From: Octopus bimaculoides
Lineage: Eukaryota
Assembly: GCF_001194135.2 (NCBI RefSeq)
Contig: NC_068984.1
Span: forward strand, 43,357,865 to 43,397,030
DNA length: 39,166 nucleotides
Direction of reading: 5' to 3'
Made by a program: the position numbers and the translations under genes. Below, one piece after another: positions 12,222 to 23,484 of the stretch. Under the pieces are notes generated by a model, which saw only the letters and a list, made by a program, of their open reading frames with translations, had not been told where the DNA came from and ran no database searches. Numbering within the stretch: the stretch's first letter is position 1; the number at the start of each line of letters is the position of its first letter.

Positions 12222-12971
12222 TTAGAGGTTTCGGGGGTTAGGGCTTCCTTCGGCACACCCGAGGAGATCTTTACCTCCCCCTCAACCTCTGTTTCAACTG
12301 GTGAGCAACCATTGTTGCTCACCTTTCTTTTTCTTTTCGTGGAGGCACCTGCCTCCACGACTTTCTCCGTCTCTCCTTCCAATGGGGGGGGGGCAGCGGG
12401 CACTTTATCCTGCTCCAGGGCCTTATTACGGCCCTGGGGCAGTTCTTTTTGATGTGGCCAGCTTCCAGGCACTCATGGCACCTCGGTTGCCGACCCTCGA
12501 TATTCACCGGGTACTTTGCCCCGGCCAACTTCAAGAAGTCCGGAAAGCACATGTCTCCTACAGCCACTGGGACCACAAGGTCAATGTCGCTTTGGCGCCC
12601 TGCCAGTTGACTGCAGGTGACATGTGCACATTAAGGAGCCTGGGTCCACTGTCCCCCAAGCCCTGCCGAATGGTATCAGCGATCCACTCATCCTTGTAAC
12701 TTGGGGGTAGTCCATGCACCCAAGCTCTAATTCTTCTTCTTCCGCAGTAAGAGGGGAGGAACAAAATTTCCACCCCCTGCAGAGTCTGGCTTGCCGCATT
12801 AGCGGCTTCCTCCGGGGAGTCAAACAACAACCACACCGTCGCATATTTGACCCCCCTGGAGATGTAATATCTCTTTGTTGCTAACTCTTTTTCTATTACC
12901 TCCTTGTTGAAGAGGGTAATGGCATTGCGTGACCTACAATAGGTCCGCATGACCACTGTCCTCTTCTCCAT
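12222..12971 (-). pseudogene. ORF1 (gag-like nucleic-acid-binding protein) of the LINE, two frameshifts
   Basis: MEKRTVVM… then RAWVHGLPPSYKDEWI (RRM-like), CHECLEAGHIKKNC = CX2CX4HX4C at 12480-12439, then a basic KRKRK tail; frames switch near 12570 and at the G9 run near 12390. Confidence 0.85.
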
Positions 12972-13214
12972 TTAATTTATTCAAAAATAATTTATTTAAA
13001 TTATCCTCTCAACGTAAGTGAGACACATTACAATTATGTTAATTTTTGTGAATATGTTAATATATTCACCAGAAACAATTTCCATTACTTCTACTATGTT
13101 ACGACTTATCTTATTTAACCAACAAGAGTGACGGGCGATATGTACACTTTACAAAACCATATTCAACTATTCATACTAATAATTAAATTTACTATTAAGT
13201 CCACCTTATTAATA

Positions 13215-13260
13215 AACTGTGCCCACCCAAGCAGATACCACTGCTTGGGTGGGCACAGTT
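13215..13260. other. Perfect 20-bp inverted repeat with 6-nt loop
   Basis: aactgtgcccacccaagcag-atacca-ctgcttgggtgggcacagtt. Confidence 0.95.
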
Positions 13261-14322
13261 CCCACTCCTAGACAGAGTTCTTCTTTGCCATGTTNNNNNN
13301 NNNNNNNNNNNNNNNNNNNNNNNNNNNNNNNNNNNNNNNNNNNNNNNNNNNNNNNNNNNNNNNNNNNNNNNNNNNNNNNNNNNNNNNNNNNNNNNNNNNN
13401 NNNNNNNNNNNNNNNNNNNNNNNNNNNGTTTCTGCAAAAGTTCACTTCACCAGGTAATCCAGCAGAGTTCTCTTCTTGGTAAATCCACAAGGTAAATCCA
13501 CGCTCACAAAAATGTTCTGGATAAAAAACGCCAAACAAAATTTGACAAACGTTCTAAAAAATTTTCAGTCCGTCGTTGTGGCGGCACGCCCACCAAAACC
13601 GACGAACGAGAAACACAATTTTTGCTCGCTAAACGAGTGACAACTTAAAGCCGCCAAAAGCAAACGGAACTGCCCCAGAGCTATACGAAATTTACTGAAA
13701 AAAATTGAAACACAATAAATTACGCACAGCTCAAAAAACAATTCCACCTACCTCGGTCGACTTCAAAATTTTCAATATCTGGACGGCGCCAACACACGTC
13801 CACTCCTGTTCATTAGTAAGAAACCACTTCAACGCGCAAGACCGGAAGCAAGCTTCTTACCACACAGTCGCACACACACATATACACATTGTGTACACAA
13901 ACACACACACACACGCATATTTAATATAAAACATAATATATTTGTGGGTGTATGAGTGCATTTTCATGTATATGTACTTATGTATCTGTATGCATGTAAA
14001 TAAGGAATAGTTTCCTTTCAAACGTTATAAAAACACCGCTATGTTCGAGTCTGGACCCTTTTAGTAATGATTTTTTCTGTCTTTTATTTTTTTGTTTGCT
14101 TTAGAACAATAACATTCCTCGATCAATTAGTCTGGCGTTTCGAGACAGTCAGAATTTCATTTTCAAAATTGACTCTTGCATTGGAGTGTTAACTGCAGTG
14201 CACTCTGCTCTAAATCACAAGGCATCATGGGAATAATTTTCACTCAGACGAAATTAAAATCATTGCCATATGTTAGAACATATAACGGTAAATTTCATGA
14301 CGTATACAGTTGAATATTTTAC

Positions 14323-14450
14323 AACTCTTTTACTCTTTTTTACTTGTTTCAGTCATTTGACTGCGGCCATGCTGGAGCACCGCCTTTAGTCGAGCAAATC
14401 GACCCCGGGACTTATTCTTTGTAAGCCTAGTACTTATTCTATGTATATAG
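14323..14450 (-). mobile_element. 3' tail of family-A SINE with (TTTTACTC)n end
   Basis: Near-identical to 37616-37742. Confidence 0.85.
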
Positions 14451-14507
14451 ATACATATTCTTATTCTTATGTATATAGATACATATATATATATATATGT
14501 ATATATA

Positions 14508-14542
<35 letters not shown>

Positions 14543-14638
14543 GGGTTAGGGTTAGGGAAATGTAATTACACGTGGGCCATTGGCGATTTTTTCTCCTTTG
14601 AACTTTTCCCTTTCTCCTTTGGACTTTTCTCTTTCTCC

Positions 14639-14671
14639 TTTCCGACGAAGAGCTATGCTCGAAACGTTAAA
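14639..14671 (+). ncRNA. Hammerhead-like motif with non-canonical core (C at U4)
   Basis: ttt CCGACGA A GAGC tat GCTC GAAAC GTT aaa; stem I only 3 A-U pairs. Confidence 0.35.
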
Positions 14672-14799
14672 CTCACTCCTTTTCCCAAGGGTCAAGCTAA
14701 TATATTTCTTGTGCTCGTCTTCACGTTCGTTTTTCCTCTTCCTTTTTTTCTTTTCGCTTTTGATTCGTATTTGTTGAAATGTTTTGGTCATTGAATTGA

Positions 14800-14842
<43 letters not shown>

Positions 14843-14982
14843 NNNNNNNNNNNNNNNNNNNNNNNNNNNNNNNNNNNNNNNNNNNNNNNNNNNNNNNNNN
14901 NNNNNNNNNNNNNNNNNNNNNNNNNNNNNNNNNNNNNNNNNNNGTGTGTGTGTATGTGTATATATATATGTGTGTGTGTGTT

Positions 14983-15021
<39 letters not shown>

Positions 15022-15026
<5 letters not shown>

Positions 15027-15162
15027 AGTATATTTGCCAAATGTGGCTGACCCCTAAGGGTGGATGTTACTGTTGCTTTTAGCCCCAGGAGAACATCTCC
15101 TCCAGCTGGCTTATCGACACATATCTGTGTCCTGTCTATTTTTGCCAAGAGAAATTATCACT
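15022..15162. mobile_element. Possible short MITE embedded in (TA)n
   Basis: Imperfect terminal inverted repeats agtga(agt)atattt / aaattatcact flanked by TA. Confidence 0.4.
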
Positions 15163-16747
15163 TATATATATATATACACATATATTTATATGTACATATT
15201 TATAAAAGGTATTGGTATCTTGAAGACCCAAAGAGTGGCAGGTAACGCTAAGTAAATGCTATGGACAGACCGTCATCAACATCGAAATGAGTATTACTTA
15301 GTAACAATACCATGCTTTATTTATTTGTTTTAGGCGCCCGAGTAGTCTCAAGCAAGCAAAAGACACCTTTCCTATTCTTCTACCCTTTGACCCAGCGGTA
15401 GAACTATAAACTGATAGGTGGAGGGAGGGAGGAAGAGAGAGAGAGAGAGAAAGAGCTGGTGAGAGAGACAGAGAGTCAAACAGGCATACAGAGCGACAGA
15501 GAGACAGAAAGCTACGTCAGCTCTCAACTGGTTCTCCTTTCCAGATGTGTAAAGTAGAGCAACGTTAAATGAAGTGTCTTGCTCAAGGAGATAACATATC
15601 GCCCGGTTCAGGAATTGAACCCACGACATTATGATCAACACCTTAGCTACTTGTTGGCTGAAAAGAGAGCTCTCCGCCAAACATACCTTTTCTGATGAGA
15701 AAGCAGCCTTATGCATACTGAAGTACCACAGCATACTGAAGTACCAGTTCCATGAGATTCAAACTCGCCAAACTCAGTTTTACGCAAATAGCGGTGACTA
15801 CAGTGGGTTTTATGAAGTTTTCAAGGTGATGCATGTCTCGTTGCCGCACGCTCAGAGACCCTTATGCAGTGGAGATGGACATGCGCTCTTTCTTTACAGG
15901 CATGGAGTTTATTCTGAACCGATGGTGTGAACATTTCGAAACTCATCTACTTCACCTGCATGATCCATGACTCAGTAATTTGTCGTATCCGACAATATTT
16001 AGAGAAAACAAAGCCCAACATGATCACAACCCTTGAAGACTCAAGACAATAAAACAATTAAAACGCGGTGAAATGGCAGGATTTGATGCAATTCCAAGAT
16101 GTTTTGTTTGGTAAAGGCAATCAGTACTTTCGGCAGCTCGTATAAAAGAAACTGGAATAACAAGCGTCTGAAGAAATGTGTACAGAGCCATTGTACGAGT
16201 TGAAGGTTACCTACCCTGACTACATTTCGGTTTCTTCAACGCTTCTGATACTGTTGCCTCCATAATATCCATTGGAATGACTTCATCGCCTACACTGAAG
16301 TCCATGAAAGAAGAAATGTTAAGAATATAGAGACTATTCTGTTAAAGCCGCAACTGCACTGGGAAGGCACACTTCTAGTATGAAGGAATATTGATTACTC
16401 ATGATTGTGTTGTATGACGAATATGAAGAACTCTTCACTAGTCACCATGACAGAAGGGCACCAAAGAAACAATACATGGACTTTCGAAAGAAAGTTTTAG
16501 CAGATCCCCTATTAACTATTGCTAGTCATCGACACGAACCTCCGATTATAAGGTCTGGTGACACACCATCTACTACTATCTCTTCTTCGAGAATGCAGAT
16601 TGGGCCAACCTCAAAGGAAAAGATGGAGAAAGAACGATGATATTGCAGTACCAAATCCAGAACTGAATTTTTGTTGCAACCGTTACTGCTGGGCCTGCCT
16701 GTCTCGTTTAGGTGTCGTAGTTCGTAGTACAGTATGTCAGTGAACAC

Positions 16748-17255
16748 ATGATGCGATATTTTCCAGGCATGGAGAAACTTTACAAAAGCCCTGACCAAGT
16801 GAACAAAGAGACGCTCAATCCAATAGATTTCATTAATTATCCCAAACTATCAGGAATCCAATCGCATATCAAATTACTTCAAAATGGAACAACCATAACG
16901 CTGCTGCTGAACCAAGAAAAGGAAAATGGCCAGTGTAACGGAACACAGTATATCACAACTAATCTCATGGCGCATGACATTGAAGCAAAAATTGATTCAG
17001 AATAATACACAAGTCTCCTGCTATTTATCCTTTGAAATCATTATAGTGGCCAAGAGTCGGGATTTTTCTTTGAGTTTTGAAAGAAGCAGCTTCCCGTGAA
17101 GCCGCATTTTCAGACCATGCACCAAATCAATATCACTGTTCTTGCATGGTCAGCTCTACGTGGTATTGTCAAAAAAGAATTTTAAAGTTGTGGTACCAAG
17201 AGTCGAAAAACGGGATAAATAAATAATATTGTGTTCAAGAAAATTTATCAGTAAT
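16748..17255 (+). pseudogene. Decayed Helitron RepHel PIF1-like helicase C-terminus
   Basis: FPGMEKLYKS…SGIQSH…GQCNGTQY…IEAKI, then RKQLPVKP (cf. RRQFPV), HGQLYVVLS (cf. HGQLYVALS), NIVFKKI (cf. NVVYKEI). Confidence 0.8.
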
Positions 17256-17295
17256 TAAAAGTAACTAAAATATTTCAGTAAAATTTATATATGTA

Positions 17296-17425
17296 CTGAA
17301 AGATAAGGAAATAATTTTATTCTCAAACGCAGGATAATGCTAATAATATAGCATGAACAGGATAAACTACCCATATTTTTTACAGAAAAATTGTTTGAGA
17401 ATAAAATTATTTCCTTATCTTTCAA
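17296..17425. mobile_element. MITE with perfect 32-bp TIRs and TA flanks (Tc1/mariner-type)
   Basis: 17297-17328 is the exact reverse complement of 17393-17424; 64-nt spacer; TA at 17294-17295 and 17426-17427. Confidence 0.8.
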
Positions 17426-18069
17426 TACATCTCAACGCTTCTAAAGCAAACTTTGTTTACTTTCATCGTAATTTGAATTTATATATGTACATTATGCTGA
17501 CTTATTAAATCAATAGGGTGAAGATATTAGCCATAGAGCATATATATTTTATATTATATTCTTTCCTTTGTATTGCTACCTTGCTGAAGTATGTTTCTGT
17601 GGCTCCAAAATTCGGAACGCTAAACTGGCAGTTAACATAGATTCAAAAGATTCAACGAAGTCACTTTCAAAGTGGAAGTCAAACGGAAAGCTGCACCTGG
17701 TCCTCCAGGTTCTGAGTTGGATATGGAGGTAACAAACCCACTCCGTAAATTATCGTGTTGCAGAAACTGTGATAAATGTAGATCAAATAGAAACGGAGAG
17801 TCATTCAATTATCTTCACTGGGAACGAAGAGAATTAAGTAAAATATAGCTAATGTTAGAACACACACACACACACACATATATATAACCGGAACATTGCC
17901 AGCCCTTCTCCCGCAATCTATCATACCCTGTCTGAGTAACTCATATCCATATCTATTTTTTTAAAATCTGTAACTCGACCTCTTATAAATATTAGACGAA
18001 TTTCCCTCAAATTACACCATACCGACCAACGTTAAGAGAGGATATATTGGGTAACATAGTTCTATCCAT

Positions 18070-18155
18070 ACAAACATAAATACACTATATTTATGTATAC
18101 ATACATACCTACATACATACATGCATGCACGCACGCACACAAACACACACACACA

Positions 18156-18221
<66 letters not shown>

Positions 18222-18222
18222 C
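18070..18222. repeat. (TACA)/(CA)/(TATC)n compound microsatellite
   Basis: Direct reading. Confidence 0.9.
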
Positions 18223-18235
18223 ATACAAACACCAT

Positions 18236-18570
18236 GCTAGGACAGGGCACTGTCTCGAAGAATTTTTAGTCGAATAAATCGACCCCAGCACCTTTTTTTT
18301 CTGAGCCTGGTACTTTTTCTATCTTTTCCCGAACCACTAGATTACAGGGACATAAATAAATCAGCACCAGTTGTCAGGCAGTGGTGGGGACAAGCACAAA
18401 CAGACATATACACACACATACACACATATACACATACACACACGACTGCCTCATTTCAGTTTCTATCTACCAAATCACTCACAGGGCACTGTTCGGCCCG
18501 AGGCTATAGTAAAAGACACTTGTCCAAGAGATGCGCAGTGGGCCTGCACCCAGAACCATGTGGTTTGGAA
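18236..18570 (-). mobile_element. Diverged family-A SINE (tail, CA microsatellite, head)
   Basis: Colinear with 37680-38000. Confidence 0.75.
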
Positions 18571-19927
18571 GCAAACAGCAGCGCCTCGTAGAAAACCTCC
18601 TGAAGGTCAGTGTTTCTACCCGTTTCTGTTAATGTGTTCATGTATTTAAGTTGAAAATGTAGAGGCATGCCCTTTCTATATTTGGCTGATCTTGGTTTGG
18701 GTCCTCTGACGTTGAAAGTGGTTTGGTATATAAATTCATAGATGCGAGAGCCGACAATATATCATTCTTGTGGGGTTTTTTTTAGGATGCAATTTGAGGA
18801 AGATTTGACTATTATATCTAGTAGGTCGTGTAAGTGCGTAATGAATTCCTTCTGAGTTCGTGAAATTAATATTAATGGTTTAACATTCTTTCATATTTAA
18901 CGGTAAATCAACTCACTGGAATTTATTTTTATTCAAAGAACATTTACAAAAGTCCATTAGTTGTACATCATAGGAATTTGTTTGACCTGTTTCCAAGCGC
19001 CTCTTTAGCAAGTAGAGCAAGCCCATCTAGATAAAATCAAGAATGATCACAAGTCAACAGAAACGGATTTAATTCCACTTGGTTGTTGATTGTTAATTAC
19101 ACGCGGTAATTCGTTGTCTCTTAATGCATTGTAATTGAAATAATGATAGTCTTTGACTAATATTTAATGCTCCCAACATTAAAATACCGATATGAATTTA
19201 AGCTTAGTTTTCCGTATGAGTGCTATATCTGAATTATTTATTCTCTGCTCCAACCAACACAAATATCATACCATTATTTAGTGAGTTGATTTACCGTTAA
19301 ATATGAAAGAATGTGAAACCATTAATATTACTACTTTAGTTGGTACGGCAAGGATTATGCTTAGCTGATGACTTCAGAATAAAATCAAAGTATGTATGGA
19401 GTTGTCTCCCGCAGTTTCAGGTAAAATAAAAATATAAGTAGACATTGACTAATGTGTTTTCATTCTTGGACAATTATTTCTTGCAAATAAATAGACTCTA
19501 ATATTCTTTTGTTTTGTTACTCAAATGTACATATACGATAGGATTCAGCATTGTTTTCTTCTACCAAATTCAACTCACAGGGCGCTGGCCAATCAAAACA
19601 CGGTACAAGACGCTTACTCAAGGTGCAGTACAGTGGGACCGAACTAAAAAACGCATGGTTTTGGAGCAAACTTAACCATTTCAACCATTCTTTGCACCTT
19701 ATAAGTTAGCGGAGTCTGTAAACGATCTTTCCGTGATCTTTCGGCTTCCGTATTCAGTTTGTATAATTAAGCATTAAAGAGCATATAATTATTATGAAAG
19801 GTAGAAACGGCAATGCTGGACTTTATTTTTCTTGAGCTCTGCGCTTCATAAGACCGGTTATCCAGTTTTCATGGCGTATAAGTGATCGAGGTCACGACAT
19901 TTTCCTGAACGGGAAGCCTGTTAGTTT

Positions 19928-19995
19928 CATATGGCGTAGTGGTTAGGAGCGCGGGCTACTAACCCCAAGATTCCGAGTTCGATTCCAGGCAGTGA

Positions 19996-20031
<36 letters not shown>

Positions 20032-20198
20032 CAACAACATCGAAAAATACCTTCAGAATGAGAACCCAGGTTCGAAATTTCCCTAAGACATCTGATGAAG
20101 GCTGGCGGGTATATCAGCCGAAATGTTGTGTTAACAACAAACAAGATGAGGACAAAATATCTGTCAAATGTAAATAATGTAAGTAATGTAAATAATGT
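19928..20198 (+). mobile_element. tRNA-headed SINE-like element (family D) with (AAT)n and hammerhead ribozyme motif
   Basis: A box TGGCGTAGTGG 19932-19942, B box GAGTTCGATTCC 19975-19986, (AAT)n, hammerhead motif, (TAATGTAAA)n tail; homologous to 27780-28341. Confidence 0.9.
20087..20132 (+). ncRNA. Minimal type I hammerhead ribozyme motif (wobble-containing copy)
   Basis: gacat CTGATGA A GGCTGG cgggtata TCAGCC GAAAT GTT gtgtt. Confidence 0.6.
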
Positions 20199-21334
20199 AT
20201 TATAATTTCTGTTGTTGTTTAGTCCCAGCTCATCTCTGTTCGAGCAATGCTGTTTCGATCATTCTGATATAACGTATTTTCAGATATATAGTATTTTTAG
20301 ATATAACGTACACAGTTTTTAACATAGTAATATGCAGTTTGAAAGAAATTTACCAGCTATTTCTATCAGATCGATCGACCTCGTAGAATGACGACGAAAA
20401 TGTTTTTCGGTATTTGATTGCTTTTCTTTCTCTGAGATCTGACTTTATATTTTACCGCAGTCAGTTTTGCTTCTCTCTTCGTCTTGGTACGACGAGTACT
20501 ATAAAATAAAAAAAAGACCAGTAAAATAGCAAGGCCGATATGCAGTAAAAATCTATTCATACTATTCTGCTGTGTATAATGCGCATCTAGATTTTGGGGG
20601 CCTAAATTGTCTCAAAAAATTTTATAATGCCATGTTTAGTATGTTGTGCTGCACAACAGCTATAATCCTAAATATTAGTCTTCAATAATTCATTTTATAT
20701 AAAATGTATTGATATATAATAAAAGAATCATCTAATAAAGCAAAGTTTTATGACATTATATTTTTCTCTATAAAAACGAGTGGAGAAAATTTCTTATATG
20801 CTATATGTGTACATGTGCCACAATAGTTATTATAGATAAATTTCCACATGTATCAAATGTTATTTTAAGGGTTACTATTTAACTGTAAATAACTTGCAGC
20901 CTTGCAACTGCTGCGATAATTATTAACTGGTAATTGAACGGTAAATGTGTATTTTTATATACTTTAGACCTGCCATCTCATTGTTTTTTGTCAAGAGTTT
21001 CACCTCCAGCCGTTCGTTATGTCAGTCAACACACATATACTGACATACCATTCCGCTGTCATGATAGTAAAGACGGAAAGTTGCCGATGCGTAATGTTGT
21101 TCACATTAGGATATAAATTATTCATTTATTTCAAATATATTAGAAATAAGATAAGTTGATCTCAATGTTATCACATTAGAATTAAAAGTGAAAGAATAAA
21201 AGTGAAACAATATTATATCGCATTAACAATATAGATCTTATTTTTTCACTTTTGACTCGTAATACTGAACCAAACTAAAAGATTGCCCTTGACCCGCATT
21301 AGGCAAGAAGTTGAAAATTCTTTTGGCCCATGAC

Positions 21335-21582
21335 ATTCCATGTGTAAAATTTGAATGAAATCTGTTTGATACTTCTCGAGTTTTAGGAATTCACACATAC
21401 AGACATACAGACAGACACGCATTCTCAGTTATATATATATAGATGACACTCTATAGACTCTAAGTAATACATGTGTAAAACTTGAATGAAATCGGTTGGG
21501 TACTTCTCGATTTTTAGGGATTCACACATACATACATACGGACAGACAGACAGACACACATTCTCAGTTTTATATGTATAGA
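21335..21582 (-). mobile_element. Two tandem 5' ends of a non-autonomous Helitron-like element
   Basis: Minus strand A|TCTATA(T/C)ATATAA…ctgagaatg…(tgtc)n…gaatcc repeated with TC starts at 21582 and 21443. Confidence 0.6.
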
Positions 21583-21595
21583 TATGCATGTTGGT

Positions 21596-21639
<44 letters not shown>

Positions 21640-21974
21640 ATACACACACATGCACACACACAATTACTAAATTTACTAAATTTAATATATTTAATATGTG
21701 TGTGTGTATGTATGTATGTATGTATGTATGTATGTATGTATGTATGTATGTATGCATGCATGCATGTATATATGTATGTATATGTGTGTATTATCTGTTA
21801 CTTGTTTCAGTCAGTCGATTGCAACTACGTTGGAGAACCGCCTTGAAGGATTTTAGTCGAATGGAACGGCCCCAGAAAATGCTTTTTTAAAGTCTCAGTC
21901 TCTTATGCCATGGGCGTAAACGAACCAATACTGGTTGTGAGAGGTGGTGAGGGACAAACACACACCTATATATA

Positions 21975-22125
21975 CATACATGGGATGAGCTTCTTTCAGT
22001 TTCCATCTAACAAATCCACTCACAAGGCTTTGGTTGGCCTAGAAATAGAGTAGAAGGTAACACGCAGTGAGACTGATCCCTGAACCATGTTTGGCAGCAT
22101 ATTTTACCACACAGCCACGCCTACA
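21975..22125 (-). mobile_element. Family-A SINE head
   Basis: gcttctttcagtttcc…cactcacaaggctttgg…accacacagccacgcc. Confidence 0.8.
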
Positions 22126-22136
22126 CACAGCCACGC

Positions 22137-22188
<52 letters not shown>

Positions 22189-23421
22189 TAATAGGCACAA
22201 ACTAAGAATCTGTCAAACTGGTAAATTCAATTTACATAACAGTGCATATGCTGGCAACTTATCAAAAGTGACATTGTGTAGTGCATTATAAACGAATGAA
22301 AATATTGATATATAAATACTGAGATGAGGCTATTATTTTAAGTCTTAAAATAACAGAAAAATTTACTCATGGCGCAACTGAATATTTAGAGTTGAGTCAA
22401 CTTTATTATAAATTTCGTGTCGACTAGGATTTGATGTTTCGCCTGACGGCTTATTCATACTTGAATCTAGTCAGTCACAAATCGGATTTTCTCATTTCCA
22501 GTCTTCAGGCAACATACATTGTAGATTTTGAAACCTTCTTATATATGTCTTGATTAACTCAAACATTTTTGCTTAGGTGTCACTGAGCAGTGGGAAGTCG
22601 TTTATGGAAACACTTCGTGTCCAGCTACGGTTCCAGCTTAGAGACAACTAGAAAATAACTTGGCAGAAGAATTCTAATTACACGCATAGACACTTCATCA
22701 TATGTAGAAAGAGTCCAAGAGGAAACGATGACTCTATCCGAATTATCTAACTTTTCTGAAGATTCGAACAGAATTCTGTCGCAATGTATTTAAGCTGGAG
22801 TAATATTATATGTGGAGTTATCGTTTTGAACTTTCTCTGACCTTAATTCTGTTGACAAGTTGAAGTGACTGGAAAATTTTTCGAGTTCTAAAATTAGCAC
22901 TTTTCGATGGTGGAGACGTGGGCTAAGAATAGTACAAGCTAAAGTCTTTGATGACGGTTTTTTGTTAAAGAATTTTCTCGACGTGAAGGTCAACTGCGTC
23001 TTTCTGTAATTTGATTTGGTGATACTCGTATGTATGTATGTATGTATGTATGTATGTATGTATGTATGTATGTATGTATGTATTATATATGTATGTGCAT
23101 ATACGTATATACACATACATCTGTATCTATATATGTATGTGCAAACACACACATATGCAGAAACACTTTCGCAAATTGGCAGACAAATATCTACTCATTC
23201 ATATTTGTGTGTGTGCTCCCACCAACCTCTACATACGCATACACGCGTGACACCTGCATGCAACTATATAGACAAGCAAATCACGTTATTATAGAAATAT
23301 AAGCATACAAAATTACTAAGAGTAATAGTCAGCTTCAGTATTGCTCGAAATAAAAGTCAGAACAACTCTTATTTCTAGCAATACTGGTGCTGACTAGTAC
23401 CCTTAGTCACCTTAGTGACGT

Positions 23422-23482
<61 letters not shown>

Positions 23483-23484
<2 letters not shown>

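Larger units (their letters stand above)
11559..13845 (-). mobile_element. L1/Tx1-like LINE with both termini and a 13-bp TSD; ORF2 mostly missing or in gap
   Basis: TSD aagcaagcttctt at 11546-11558 and 13846-13858; gag-like ORF1 with CCHC knuckle; 3' UTR 11559 to about 11780; clade assignment inferred from ORF1 only. Confidence 0.8.
11212..13871 (-). mobile_element. Family-A SINE head split into three pieces (11212-11292, 11487-11558, 13846-13871) by two nested insertions
   Basis: Pieces rejoin into the colinear head seen intact at 37870-38030 once the duplicated agaagacactt and aagcaagcttctt are collapsed. Confidence 0.9.

Noticed and set aside
17660-17760. Sequence reminiscent of an RTE 5' region
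   Set aside because: Too short and diverged to support
19930-20000. Apparent tRNA gene with ACT anticodon (also 27975-28050)
   Set aside because: No proper acceptor stem; continues into a multi-copy SINE body, so it is a SINE head
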